Shown: piece after piece, positions 17,641 to 27,642 of the stretch | How the letters are laid out: every line of letters begins with the position of its first letter | Position numbering within the stretch: the first letter of the stretch is position 1 | Assembly: GCA_963666835.2 (NCBI GenBank) | Contig: CAXXGO010000006.1 | Span: forward strand, 2,571,743 to 2,635,742 | Reading direction: 5' to 3' | From: Phycisphaerae bacterium | Lineage (GTDB): Bacteria; Planctomycetota; Phycisphaerae; UBA1845 | Length of the DNA stretch: 64,000 bases | Notes under the pieces: model-generated | What the model saw: only the letters and a program-made list of their open reading frames with translations | Database searches by the model: none | What the model was told of the DNA's origin: nothing | Position numbers and translations under genes: made by a program

Positions 17641-20600
17641 ATGCGACGGTTCTGTATCGGCATTATCTTCGGGATTTCGTTTGTTCCGGTTACGCCCCTT
17701 GCGGCGCAGACCGACGCGGAGTGGACCGCCGTTGACGGAGATTACTCCGCCGCCGGGAACTGGAGCACTGCGCCGGACGTGCCCTGTAACGACGGCACCA
17801 CGTATAACGTGACAATCGCTCCGACCGGGGCCGATGTGCTCTTCGACCTGGCCGCGTGTACGGTTGACACGCTGGACCTCGGGGCCGGGACGACCTTTAC
17901 GATCAATCTCGGCAACGCGTTCACGATTGACACCGAAGCCCTCATCGGGGGCGGGGTGTTTGTGGATAGCGGATCATTCACCGCCCCGTTTGTGGATACC
18001 GGTTTCACCGGCACATCGGCGAGAGCAACGGCGGCCAGCGGGGCACAGGTTGTCATCCCGGCCACCACCTACCAAGGGACGGGAATCAGTTCCGGCGTGC
18101 TCTTCTCTGCGACTGGGGTCGGCACGCTGTTGGACCTGTCTGCGTTGACGGATATTGACTGCTATGCGAACCACGGCGGTTCGCCGACTCGCATCATCTC
18201 GGCAACGGACGGAGGCCGTATCGACCTGTCCAGCCTCGAGAGTATCCGGGGCGGCTGGGGCATGAATGACGATCGTCTCGACATTATGATGACTGGAGGC
18301 GGCAGCATTGATCTTAGGAACCTGCGTTCCGTAACGGCGGGCAACGTCCGCTTCGCAGTGGAAGACTCCACGTTTGCTCTGCCGGCGCTGACCTCGGCCG
18401 TGGGGATGAGTTTCAGTATGGCTCCCTCTTCCACGCTGGACTTGCCGGCTCTGACGACTCACTACACCGGGGGGTACGACGTTCCTCCGCTGGGCGTTGT
18501 GAATGCTGACGTCTTGGGCAGCCTCACCAGTGCGACTCTGGCGATCGGCGATCAGGGCACGTTCAACGCCCCGGTGCTGACGATGTTCAACGGCAGCACG
18601 CTGACGCTCGGTCCGGATCAGACATTGAGTGTCCCGGCGTTTGCCGAGATTGACGATTCCAGGCTCTACCTGAGCGGCGGCGTGACGTATGCGGTGGCCG
18701 CGGATGTCGTCAGCGCTACCGGAATCAGTAGCGGGACCATCTACTCGGCTGAAGGGGTTGGTACGGTGTTGGACCTCTCGGCGATGGTCAGCTTCGATGC
18801 TCTGTGGAACCACGGTGGCGTGCCGACGCGGACGATCGCCGCAAGTGATGGGGGCGTTGTTGATTTGTCGGGTCTTACGACCATGCGCGGCGGGTGGGGC
18901 ATCAACGATGATCGGTTGGATATATCAATGACCAGCGGGGGCGAGGTTGATCTTACGGCGTTGCAGTCGATAACCGGCGGCAACGTTCGTTTCGTATCGG
19001 ATGCCGGCAGCCTTACACTCCCGATGTTAACCTCGGCGGTGGGGATGGGCTTCAGCATGGTGCCAGACTCGACTCTGGAGCTTCCCGCTCTGTTGACACA
19101 TGACACCGGGGGGTACGATGTTCCGACCGGCGGTGTGGTAAACGCCGCCGATCTTCACAGCCTACTGAACGCCACTTTGGCGATCGGCGATGGCGGGACT
19201 TTCAATGCTCCGAGCCTCACTAAGTTCAACGGGAGCACGCTTACTCTCGGACCGAATCAGACCCTCAACGCGCCGCTGTTCACTGAACTCGACAACGGCA
19301 GGATCCACCTTAGCACAGGGAGCACGTTCGCCGTGGCCGCGTCTTCCTACATCGGGACCGGGGTCAGCGGCGGGGAGATCTTCTCCGCCCGCGGGGCCGG
19401 AACCGTTTTGGATCTCTCCAGCTTCATCAGTTTCAACGCCCTCTACAATCATGGCGGGGTGCCCACGCGGACGATTCTTGGCAGCGATAACGGGTCCGTC
19501 GACCTTTCGGGCCTGCAGACCCTTGAAGGCGGATGGGCATTCAATGACGACCGCCTGGACATCGTCGCCGAAGCCGGAGGAACTGTGGATATTTCGACGC
19601 TGCCGGCGGTGGCGGCCGGCCGGGTTCGGCTCAGAGCCGAGTCTGCCGGGCAGTTGCTGGCCGGGGCGATGTTGACGGTCGAGCACGTCCAGACGATCAA
19701 CACGGACGGAATCGGGAGTCTGTTGGACCTTTCGTCGGTTACCGCCATGTATGGCAGCGGAACCGGCACGGTCAACGTTTCGGGCGGGGCGACGCTTGCC
19801 GCCGACAGTCTCGAAGTGGTGGACGGGCTGGCGTTTACCCTCGCCGGGCCGAGCACATTGCGGCTGGCCGGGGCGACGACGATGACCGGCACGACGTTCA
19901 ATTACAATGGCGGGACTATCAGCGGGGACGTCATTCTGGTTGATTCCACACTGGCGAACGGCCCCGGGGGCACGGGAGCGGCTCGGTTTACTCTGCGAGG
20001 CGAATGCGCGTTCAGCGGTCACGTATCACTCGGTCAGACCGTTGTAATTCAGGGCGGCGGCTATGGTGACGCAAATGTGACAGCGGACGACGGGTTCGTT
20101 AATTCCGGTACGATTATCCTCGAGAGCATCAACGGCGGGTTGGCCTCGAAGTTGTTCGTGCAGAATGGTCAGTTGGAGAACGCCGCGGGCGGCACGATCA
20201 GCTTGTGGATTGGGACCGGTGGTAACCGGTCATTGGAAGCCGAGCTGGTGAATCGCGGCTCGATCGACATCACGACCGCCGACAATAAGGGGACCGTGAT
20301 TGGCAAGGATGGTGCCAACCACACGACATCGGGCGTTTTCACAATCAACGCGACGGAATTGGATCTGGTGCAGGTTTACGGGGACAGCTTCACCAACCTG
20401 CCCGGAGGGATCGTGGCGGGGGTCGGGGCCTTGGATGTGTCGGCCTGCGGATTGGTTAATCAGGGAATCGTCCGCCCCGGCTCGTCCGCTGGAGAGCTCG
20501 ACATTGTAGGGGATTACACCCAGACCGAGAGCGGGGTGTTGGAGATCGAGATTGGGGGACCGCTGGTGGGTGATCTGTTTGATGTACTTGACGTAAGTGG

Positions 20601-21240
20601 CACGGCCGTGCTCGCCGGAACGCTGGAGGTCGATCTAATCGGCGGGTATGTACCGGCGATCGGTGACAGCTTTCAGGTTCTCGCGGCCGGTGCGGTTAGC
20701 GGGGAGTTTGATTCGGAGATTCTGCCGGAGCTGCCGGCGGGGTCGTGTTGGGACGTCTCGTATAGCGCAACCGCCGTGACTCTGATGGTTTTGGGCTCGG
20801 CGGTTGTTGAACAACCGGTGCCTCAGACGCTCTGTGAGGGTGATCAGTTGGTCCTGGAGGTATCCGTTGACGGTAATGTGGCGGTGGACTTGCAGTGGCG
20901 CAAAGACGGCGAGGACTTGCCTGGCGAAGTGGGCGCTTCGCTGGTTGTCGACGAAGTCACCGTCGCCGACGGTGGGGTGTATGATGTGGTGGTGACCAAC
21001 ACGTGCGGAGAGGCTCTAAGTGACGTAGCCACGTTGGTCGTCAATGTTCCTCCGGTGGGTGATATCGAGGGCGATTGCGATGTCGATCTTGATGACGCGG
21101 CCGTCTTCGTCGGGTGTTTGACAGGCCCCGTTGGCGGCGTTCCGACCGGTTGCGAGGCGGCCGATTTCGACGGGGACGGAGTCGGGATCGACCTGGCGGA
21201 CTTCGCCATCTTGCAGAACGCTTTCGGGTCCGCGCCTTGA
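17641..21240 (+). CDS. large secreted repeat protein (beta-helix-like repeats, Ig-like domain, dockerin-like C-terminal tag)
   Basis: The ATG at 17641 gives signal peptide MRRFCIGIIFGISFVPVTPLAAQ. There is a 213-aa unit repeated about 2.5 times and an autotransporter-passenger-like Gly-rich region. An Ig-like segment follows (QWRKDGEDLPGEVGASLVVDEVTVADGGVYDVVVTN). The C-terminus is GDCDVDLDDAAVFVGC...C..ADFDGDGVGIDLADFAILQNAF. Confidence 0.8.
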   Translation: MRRFCIGIIFGISFVPVTPLAAQTDAEWTAVDGDYSAAGNWSTAPDVPCNDGTTYNVTIAPTGADVLFDLAACTVDTLDLGAGTTFTINLGNAFTIDTEALIGGGVFVDSGSFTAPFVDTGFTGTSARATAASGAQVVIPATTYQGTGISSGVLFSATGVGTLLDLSALTDIDCYANHGGSPTRIISATDGGRIDLSSLESIRGGWGMNDDRLDIMMTGGGSIDLRNLRSVTAGNVRFAVEDSTFALPALTSAVGMSFSMAPSSTLDLPALTTHYTGGYDVPPLGVVNADVLGSLTSATLAIGDQGTFNAPVLTMFNGSTLTLGPDQTLSVPAFAEIDDSRLYLSGGVTYAVAADVVSATGISSGTIYSAEGVGTVLDLSAMVSFDALWNHGGVPTRTIAASDGGVVDLSGLTTMRGGWGINDDRLDISMTSGGEVDLTALQSITGGNVRFVSDAGSLTLPMLTSAVGMGFSMVPDSTLELPALLTHDTGGYDVPTGGVVNAADLHSLLNATLAIGDGGTFNAPSLTKFNGSTLTLGPNQTLNAPLFTELDNGRIHLSTGSTFAVAASSYIGTGVSGGEIFSARGAGTVLDLSSFISFNALYNHGGVPTRTILGSDNGSVDLSGLQTLEGGWAFNDDRLDIVAEAGGTVDISTLPAVAAGRVRLRAESAGQLLAGAMLTVEHVQTINTDGIGSLLDLSSVTAMYGSGTGTVNVSGGATLAADSLEVVDGLAFTLAGPSTLRLAGATTMTGTTFNYNGGTISGDVILVDSTLANGPGGTGAARFTLRGECAFSGHVSLGQTVVIQGGGYGDANVTADDGFVNSGTIILESINGGLASKLFVQNGQLENAAGGTISLWIGTGGNRSLEAELVNRGSIDITTADNKGTVIGKDGANHTTSGVFTINATELDLVQVYGDSFTNLPGGIVAGVGALDVSACGLVNQGIVRPGSSAGELDIVGDYTQTESGVLEIEIGGPLVGDLFDVLDVSGTAVLAGTLEVDLIGGYVPAIGDSFQVLAAGAVSGEFDSEILPELPAGSCWDVSYSATAVTLMVLGSAVVEQPVPQTLCEGDQLVLEVSVDGNVAVDLQWRKDGEDLPGEVGASLVVDEVTVADGGVYDVVVTNTCGEALSDVATLVVNVPPVGDIEGDCDVDLDDAAVFVGCLTGPVGGVPTGCEAADFDGDGVGIDLADFAILQNAFGSAP
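18079..19650 (+). repeat. in-frame 639-bp tandem repeat (about 2.5 copies) inside the 17641..21240 CDS
   Basis: The units start at TGISSGVLFSATGVGTLLDLS (18079), TGISSGTIYSAEGVGTVLDLS (18718) and TGVSGGEIFSARGAGTVLDLS (19357). The period is 213 aa. Confidence 0.8.
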
Positions 21241-21369
21241 GCGAGGGGTTTGAACCCGTCTCTGAGGGGCTTCCCGGCTGGGGACCGTGGCGGTTTCGCT
21301 TCGTTTACAGCCGACCGGCGCTGCTTATAATGGCGGCGAATCTGGTAGGTTGTACGGAGTGAAGACGTC

Positions 21370-22110
21370 ATGGCGCTGCTCGGAGTCAATATTGATCACG
21401 TAGCCACCGTTCGCCAGGCCCGGGGGACGGATGAGCCGGACCCGGTCTGGGCGGCGATGGAAGCCCAACTCGGCGGTGCGGACGGCATCACCTTCCATCT
21501 GCGCGAGGACCGTCGGCACATCATTGACCGCGATGTGCCCCTGCTGCGCGAGACTGTCAATGTCAAGTTGAACATGGAGATGGCTATCGCCGACGAGGTC
21601 GTTGCGATAGCCGCCGATTTGAGGCCGGAGCAGTGCTCGCTCGTGCCGGAGCGCCGCGAAGAGCTGACGACCGAGGGCGGGTTGGACGTTGTTCGCCATG
21701 GGTCGCGTATTGCCAAGGTCGTTACACGGCTGCGCGGGGTCGGGATCATATTGAACGCCTTCATTGAACCGGTGGAAGAACAACTGCGTGCCTCGGCCGA
21801 CTGCGGGTTCCAGGCGGTGGAACTGTGGACCGGGGCTTACGCCAACGCGCGGACCGCTGCGCAACTGGAGAAGGCCGTTTCCGATCTGCGCTCGGCAATT
21901 GACTTGGGGCACGATCTGGGGCTCGAGGTTCACGGCGGGCACGGTCTGACCTATCGCAACATCGGCGCGGTGGCCGAAATGCCGGGGTTCAGCGAGTTCA
22001 ATATTGGACACTCGATTGTGGCGCGGTCGATCTTTGTGGGCCTTCGCGAGGCGGTTCGCGAAATGAAGCGGTTGCTGGAGTTGCACACTCCACCCCAGCC
22101 GACGTCGTAG
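21370..22110 (+). CDS. pdxJ: pyridoxine 5'-phosphate synthase
   Basis: MALLGVNIDHVATVRQARGTDEPDPVWAA...GADGITFHLREDRRHIIDRDV... is the canonical PdxJ sequence pattern. Confidence 0.92.
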   Translation: MALLGVNIDHVATVRQARGTDEPDPVWAAMEAQLGGADGITFHLREDRRHIIDRDVPLLRETVNVKLNMEMAIADEVVAIAADLRPEQCSLVPERREELTTEGGLDVVRHGSRIAKVVTRLRGVGIILNAFIEPVEEQLRASADCGFQAVELWTGAYANARTAAQLEKAVSDLRSAIDLGHDLGLEVHGGHGLTYRNIGAVAEMPGFSEFNIGHSIVARSIFVGLREAVREMKRLLELHTPPQPTS

Positions 22111-22184
22111 GGGCGGCGTAACCGGCGCGGTCAATGCCGCCGACTCCGGATGGTGACGTCCGACAGGATCTGGAGCACTCTGTT

Positions 22185-23096
22185 ATGGTTCGTTCCAATC
22201 CAGCCGCGGAGCTACGCGGTTCGATGACTGCCCTGGTTACTCCTTTTCGAGAGGGGCAGGTGGATTGGGTGTGTCTGGACCGCCTGGTGGACCGGCAGAT
22301 TGACGGCGGGATCGACGTTCTAGTGCCTTGCGGGACGACGGGGGAGACGCCGACGCTGACGAGTGCGGAGTGGGTGGAATACGTCGATCGGGTTATCACC
22401 CAGGTGGCCGGGCGATGCCAAGTCATGGTCGGTACGGGGTCGAATAGCACGGTCGTTACGGTTGACCAGACCCGCCGGGCAGCGGCGGCTGGAGCAACCG
22501 CGGCGCTGATCGTTGCGCCTTACTACAACCGTCCGACGGCCGAAGGGCTCTATCGCCATTTCGCGGAGGTAGCTGAATCGGTAGACCTGCCGATTGTCTT
22601 ATACAACGTGCCCGCGCGAACCGGCGTCGATATTCCTAATGATGTTGTCGTGCGTCTGCGCGAGAGCTTCCCACACGTTGTCGCGATCAAACATGCTACG
22701 GGCACTGTTGATGGAGTGACCGAGCTGCTTGGTCGTTGTGACATCGATGTGCTTAGCGGGGATGATACTCTGGTTTGGCCGCTTATGGCTCTAGGCGCGG
22801 TCGGGGCGATTAGTGTTGTGTCCAACCTCTCGCCCTCGCTTATGAAGTCTCTGGTAGTGGCCGCACTGCACGGGGATTGCTCTGCGGCGCTTCGGCACCA
22901 TCGCCGGGTATACGCCTTGGCCGCGGGTATCTCCGATTACGGTCCGAACCCCGTGCCGATCAAGACGGCGATGGCGTTGAACGGCTTACTTCACGAGGAG
23001 TTCCGTTTACCCCTTTGCCCGGTGACCTCGGAGGCGCGGGCAGCGATTGCGGGTCTTCTTAATCGCCTGGAACTGAGTGAGACATCTGCTTCATGA
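22185..23096 (+). CDS. dapA: 4-hydroxy-tetrahydrodipicolinate synthase
   Basis: ATG at 22185. GSMTALVTPFREGQVDWVCLDRLVDRQIDGGIDVLVPCGTTGETPTLT...IVLYNVPARTG...VAIKHATG is the DapA/DHDPS family signature. Confidence 0.9.
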   Translation: MVRSNPAAELRGSMTALVTPFREGQVDWVCLDRLVDRQIDGGIDVLVPCGTTGETPTLTSAEWVEYVDRVITQVAGRCQVMVGTGSNSTVVTVDQTRRAAAAGATAALIVAPYYNRPTAEGLYRHFAEVAESVDLPIVLYNVPARTGVDIPNDVVVRLRESFPHVVAIKHATGTVDGVTELLGRCDIDVLSGDDTLVWPLMALGAVGAISVVSNLSPSLMKSLVVAALHGDCSAALRHHRRVYALAAGISDYGPNPVPIKTAMALNGLLHEEFRLPLCPVTSEARAAIAGLLNRLELSETSAS

Positions 23097-24121
23097 ACGC
23101 CTTATCGAGTCCCATTATGGTCGATCGACCGCAACTAAATCTGCTGGAAAAGACCGCGACGCTGGGGTCATGGGGTCTGGCCGGTGCGGTCTTCTTGACG
23201 ATCGGTTGGATCGCTATGGCCCCGGACGACCCGCTGGGCGCCGTGAGTGTTCTGGCCCATCGTGGCGGTGTGCTGATGCTGGTGCAGGCGGCGGCGCTTG
23301 CTGCGGTCGCGGCGGCGGTGGCTACGGTGGTTGCCGGGCGGAGTCTGGCCGACGTTGGGACCTTCGCGGCCGCGTTGGGGTTGGCGGCGGTGTCCTTGCG
23401 CGGCGGCACTGCGGGGACGCTGTTGGTTGATTACGCCGATGTGGCTTCAGCGTACGAGCGCCGTCTGGCGTTGGGGTTCGCCGTTGAGTCGATTGGATGG
23501 TTCGCCGTGGTGCTGGGGGCAGTGGCGGTGTCGGCTTTCGTTATGCGGTGGTGTTTCCCGCCGAGTGGCGCGGATGACGGCGAGTCGTCGGATGTGCGGG
23601 CTGTGGCTGCGCGGACCATGGCAGGTTACGACGTCCCCGGTTTGGGATCAGTGTTGTTTGGAACCTCGGTTGAGCGACAGACGTCGCCGGCCGATGGCGT
23701 CCGGCATACCGCCATTACGGCTATTTTGGGCTTGCTGTGTATGGGGGTGCTGTCGTCCGGTTTGTCGAGCCGGTCTATTCAGCACGGGCAGGCGTGTTTT
23801 GTTGTGGCTGCCGGGGTATGTGCGGCCTCGTACTTCGCTCATCGTTTCGCGCCGGTTCGCTCATCGCTGTGGGGGATTCTTGCGGTGCCGGTGATTGCGG
23901 TAGCGGCATATATATGGGCGGCGGTTCTGCCGAAGGCGACAGGACTGCCTGCGCCACTACCTTCGAGCCACTTCCTTCGCGTGCTGCCGATCCAACTGAT
24001 TTCGGTTGGAACGGCGGCGGTCCTTACGATGTTCCGCTATATGTATGACCCCTCTCCGTCGGTCGGCTCGAACGAAGAACGGATGCCGGCCGGGCACACC
24101 TCACGAAGAGGGCGTCGCTGA
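23093..24121 (+). CDS. polytopic membrane protein, unknown function
   Basis: The ATG at 23093 overlaps the dapA stop codon (ATGA). It has 8 or more hydrophobic Ala/Val/Leu-rich segments. I recognise no family. Confidence 0.55.
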   Translation: MNALSSPIMVDRPQLNLLEKTATLGSWGLAGAVFLTIGWIAMAPDDPLGAVSVLAHRGGVLMLVQAAALAAVAAAVATVVAGRSLADVGTFAAALGLAAVSLRGGTAGTLLVDYADVASAYERRLALGFAVESIGWFAVVLGAVAVSAFVMRWCFPPSGADDGESSDVRAVAARTMAGYDVPGLGSVLFGTSVERQTSPADGVRHTAITAILGLLCMGVLSSGLSSRSIQHGQACFVVAAGVCAASYFAHRFAPVRSSLWGILAVPVIAVAAYIWAAVLPKATGLPAPLPSSHFLRVLPIQLISVGTAAVLTMFRYMYDPSPSVGSNEERMPAGHTSRRGRR

Positions 24122-24447
24122 TGCGCGACGTTGGCCGGTTCAGGACGGACCCCTACGGGGCACTCCGAAAGCGGATGATCCAAGAAACCGAGGTCGCCCT
24201 GGCCGTGGGGCTTCTCCACCCGTCGCGCGTTCCGCGGATTCCCACGGTGGAGGTTGGTCACGGCACGTTCCATCCGGACTTCGCCGCAGAGTTCTGGCAA
24301 GAAGCGCTGGGGTTGGACAGCTCCGAGCAGCCGGAGTCCGCTGGCCGTAAAACGCCGGATCGACCGCGGAATCAGCGTTTCAGGATGAACGACCGCTTCG
24401 GTGGTCGCCCGCTGCCGGACTGATGCTGCTTCAATGAGGTGGCTGAA

Positions 24448-24968
24448 GGGGGTGCCCCACCGCGGTGCTTGTTGCGTTGGGAGGGCCGTACCGATTCGCC
24501 GCCGGGGTGGGTGGGGGACGGATGCATCGACATACGGGGTTTTCTGTCTACTGTGATGTCTTACAGGCCGAAGGACGGGGCACTATCGCTGCATAACGCA
24601 AAGACCATGGCAGGTCTCGTTCCTCGACCGTGCCCTACGGCCCGGGTGCCCCATTCACCCCGGCGTCTGTTGCATCAGGATAGCCGCAACGATTCGCCGC
24701 CGGGGTGGGTGGGGGACGGATGGAGGTTTGAGACACGCTGGCATTCGGAGATCAGTCCCCCACCCTTCGGCCAATGAACAGTGTGTATACCGGGAATGCA
24801 TCGATATACGGGGTTTTCGGTCTACTGTGATGTCGCACAGGCCGAAGGACGGGGCACTATCGCTGCATCACGCAAAGACCATGGCAGGTCTCGTTCCTCG
24901 ACCGTGCCCTACAGGCTGTGATGTCGCACAGGCCGAAGGACGGGGTACCCTCCGAGGGATGGGCACCC
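24448..24968. repeat. composite repeat region sharing the F2 core
   Basis: A 114-nt unit is duplicated at 24525-24638 and 24799-24912 and ends in the F2 core (24609-24638, 24883-24912). A 33-nt unit CGATTCGCCGCCGGGGTGGGTGGGGGACGGATG occurs at 24492-24524 and 24690-24722. A partial third copy lies at 24916-24944. GGGTGCCCCA seeds occur at about 24449 and about 24644. Confidence 0.85.
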
Positions 24969-24984
24969 TCTTGAATAGCCCGGG

Positions 24985-25812
24985 CTAACGCTCGTGGGGA
25001 AGTGACTCGTTGAGGCTCCCGCTACGAAAACCTCGAAGATCCAGAGAAACGTACGTGAATCCGATTGCGCGGAAGCGCTCGCAGATTCGGCGGGCGTTCT
25101 CCGGTTGTGCCATGGTTGGAATGGACTCCGCCGGCACCTCTATCCGAGCAAGGTCCCCGTGATGGCGAACGCGGCATTCGCGGTTCCCCAGGTCATGAAG
25201 GAAGGACTCTGCGGCTTCGATCATGCGGAGTTTGTCCGGTGTGATCGATTCGCCGTAGGGGATTCGGCTGACCAGGCATGGGTTAGCGGGCTTGTCGTGC
25301 GTCGGCAGCCCGAGTTTCTTCGACAGTTCGCGCAGATTGCTCTTCGTGAACCCGGCCTCGGCCAGCGGGGCGCGGATGTTGTGCCGCCGATCGGCCAGCA
25401 TGCCCGGGCGGTAGTCGTCGAAGTCGTCAACGTTGGTTCCGCAAACGACAGCTCCCACCTCGCGCTTCGCGAGCATCCGCTCGATATGACCGTAGAGATT
25501 GTCCTTGCAGAGAAAGCACCGATTGGCCGGATTGCGGACGAAGGCCGGATCGTCAAGCTCGTCGGTATCGAGCATGACGTGCTCCGCCCCGAGCGTTCTC
25601 GCCAGCTTCGCGGCCTCGTGGCATTCGCCTTGGGCGCGGCTGGCACTTCGCCCGGTTACCGCGAGCACATTGTCGGGGCCGAGCGTGTCGATAGCGACCT
25701 TCAGCAGCAGGGTGGAATCGACCCCGGCACTGAAGGCCACCGCAACGTTATTCAGCTCGCGCAGGATCCGTTGCAGATGTTCGTACTTGTCTTCCAAGTC
25801 CGGTCGAGTCAT
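24985..25812 (-). CDS. larE: LarE-like ATP-dependent sulfur transferase (PP-loop ATPase)
   Basis: ATG at 25812 within track ORF 24985..26169. VAVAFSAGVDSTLLL (PP-loop), RCFLCKDNLY, DYRPGMLA, PANPCLVSRIPYGESIT and ARIEV are the LarE/TIGR00268-type pattern. Confidence 0.8.
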   Translation of the reverse strand: MTRPDLEDKYEHLQRILRELNNVAVAFSAGVDSTLLLKVAIDTLGPDNVLAVTGRSASRAQGECHEAAKLARTLGAEHVMLDTDELDDPAFVRNPANRCFLCKDNLYGHIERMLAKREVGAVVCGTNVDDFDDYRPGMLADRRHNIRAPLAEAGFTKSNLRELSKKLGLPTHDKPANPCLVSRIPYGESITPDKLRMIEAAESFLHDLGNRECRVRHHGDLARIEVPAESIPTMAQPENARRICERFRAIGFTYVSLDLRGFRSGSLNESLPHER

Positions 25813-25970
25813 GAGCTTACTCCGCCGGCGAGTATGATATCGCGGATCATACGCGGAGGCGAGCAGCTCTGCACGACGCGGTCGGCACGCCGGGAATCCG
25901 CGAACCGCCATGAACAGGCCTCCGGCCGGGCTCCGAGAACGAAGCCTGTTTTGAACCGCCTGCTTCTGCG

Positions 25971-26654
25971 TCACCCCCGCTTGCGGGGGTTCTTCAGGCC
26001 CGTGGTGAGCTTGTTGTTGACCTCCCGGAGGACCCGTGCGGGCAGGACGTCCCGGTGGGTGGAGAGGAACCGGCGAACGGCTTTGGCGTCGTGCGGGACC
26101 AGCGCCCGCAGTGCCCATGACAGGGCCTTGACCACCATATCGTCCGGATCTTCCGCGAGAAGCTCGCAAACGGCCAGCGTGCGTGGAACGTCACCGGTCC
26201 CGCCGGCCGATTTCTGGTTCGAGGGTACGGTAGATACCAGCGCCGCCCGTCGCCACCAGCGGTCTTTGGACCGAGCCCAGCGGTGGATGTGGTCGTCTTT
26301 CAAAATCTGCGCCTGCCACGCCGGTCCCGAGATGTAACCGGCGAACGTGTCCACATCGCCCCAACTATCGATGCCGCGACCCAGCTTCTCTATCACCGTT
26401 GGACGCAGGATTCCCGCCGCGTCTTCGTAGTGGAGGATCAGTGCATAGCCCATGAACCGGCACGACGGCTCATCGAGCTCCACGAGGCTAAGGGCGATCC
26501 GAATGATGTCTCGGCCCCCTGCGTTGGCCAGCTCCTTCGACACCTGCTGCCGAAACGCGTGCAGGTTTGGCGCCGTTTGGTCGGGTAGGGCGCGAAGCCG
26601 GCGGACTATGGCGGCGGAAACAGATGCAGTTTTGCGTGAGTTCCCTGAGGTCAT
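25971..26654 (-). CDS. DNA alkylation repair protein (AlkC/AlkD-like HEAT-repeat family)
   Basis: ...SWGDVDTFAGYISGPAW...HRWARSKDRWWRRAALVSTV...DDMVVKALSWALRAL... resembles the DNA alkylation repair enzyme family. Confidence 0.7.
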   Translation of the reverse strand: MTSGNSRKTASVSAAIVRRLRALPDQTAPNLHAFRQQVSKELANAGGRDIIRIALSLVELDEPSCRFMGYALILHYEDAAGILRPTVIEKLGRGIDSWGDVDTFAGYISGPAWQAQILKDDHIHRWARSKDRWWRRAALVSTVPSNQKSAGGTGDVPRTLAVCELLAEDPDDMVVKALSWALRALVPHDAKAVRRFLSTHRDVLPARVLREVNNKLTTGLKNPRKRG

Positions 26655-26778
26655 GGTTCAACGCCTTCTTGACTACCGCATGGTCCCTGATTGGTTCATC
26701 GGGGAGTATACTACTATGGAGCTGGTATTGCATGAAGACCTTGTGGGGGCCGACTCTTCGGAACTGCGTCGTGGAGGA

Positions 26779-27642
26779 CTAGCGACCATGTATGCACTCC
26801 CCGCGGGCGAGGCACTTATCCCATGCACGGCTTGCCAGAGGTTGTTCCGACAGTAGCGCCTGAAACTTGGATTCTCTTAGGACACGAATCATCCATGCGT
26901 TCTTAGCGACCACACGGTATCGTCCCGCCCACGGGTGCTTCTCGAAAGCGACTATCTTGTCGCATGATGGTGACGACTGCCAGTCAATACCTGATACCAG
27001 GACGTAGTCGTCCAAATAGGCGTACGATGGCGTGGGCATGCTCCCGGCAACGATGAACGCGCTCGACAGCGAAAACAGGATGAGAAGTGCACACGTCAAG
27101 ACCATAGCAATCGCGAGTTTGCGAAGCCAACGTCGTGCTAACAACAACGCACACAACGCAGGCGCGATGGCGAGCACGGACCACCTGAGAATGTCAGTAG
27201 CGTGCCGACACCACTTGTTCATCCGGGCGTATTGCGGCTCCACTGAACGCGAATACCATGACGGTTTGAGATCATGCCGCACGTCCTCCACCGTCAGTGT
27301 CCCGTCCTCCGAACTTAGGTCCGCGTTGCCAAGGTGCGCTTGCACGATTGAGTGCAACAGAGAGCAGCTAAATGCTCGTCCGCTCAACGGCGTACCATTT
27401 GACGACCGGAGGGCCCACAAGAAAGAAGAGATGGCGATCCCGTACAGCGCTGCAATCGCGAGCAGCTTGGCTAGTATCTTAAGCGCCTTGCTCCGAAAGA
27501 GGGTTTGGAGTCCGGTTGGGATACTGAGCAAATAGGTGGCTTCGTCCTGCGGATCGAAAGGGTGCGCGCATTCCGGACACTGCGACATGCCTTGGCCACG
27601 CAGGTCGTGATGACATTTCCGACAATACACGGTATTCGACAT
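26779..27642 (-). CDS. zinc-ribbon membrane protein (CxxC...CPEC family, outlying paralog)
   Basis: ATG at 27642: MSNTVYCRKCHHDLRGQGMSQCPECAHPFDP, followed by 4 or more TM segments. GC content is visibly lower here (about 50% in sampled 60-mers) than in neighbouring genes. Confidence 0.55.
   Translation of the reverse strand: MSNTVYCRKCHHDLRGQGMSQCPECAHPFDPQDEATYLLSIPTGLQTLFRSKALKILAKLLAIAALYGIAISSFLWALRSSNGTPLSGRAFSCSLLHSIVQAHLGNADLSSEDGTLTVEDVRHDLKPSWYSRSVEPQYARMNKWCRHATDILRWSVLAIAPALCALLLARRWLRKLAIAMVLTCALLILFSLSSAFIVAGSMPTPSYAYLDDYVLVSGIDWQSSPSCDKIVAFEKHPWAGRYRVVAKNAWMIRVLRESKFQALLSEQPLASRAWDKCLARGECIHGR

Noticed and set aside
24121-24423. 100-aa ORF overlapping the stop codon of the membrane-protein gene (TGATG)
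   Set aside because: The overlap would allow translational coupling. However, the sequence is Arg/Pro-rich with no recognisable motifs, and it runs into the repeat field. The evidence is too weak to call a gene.
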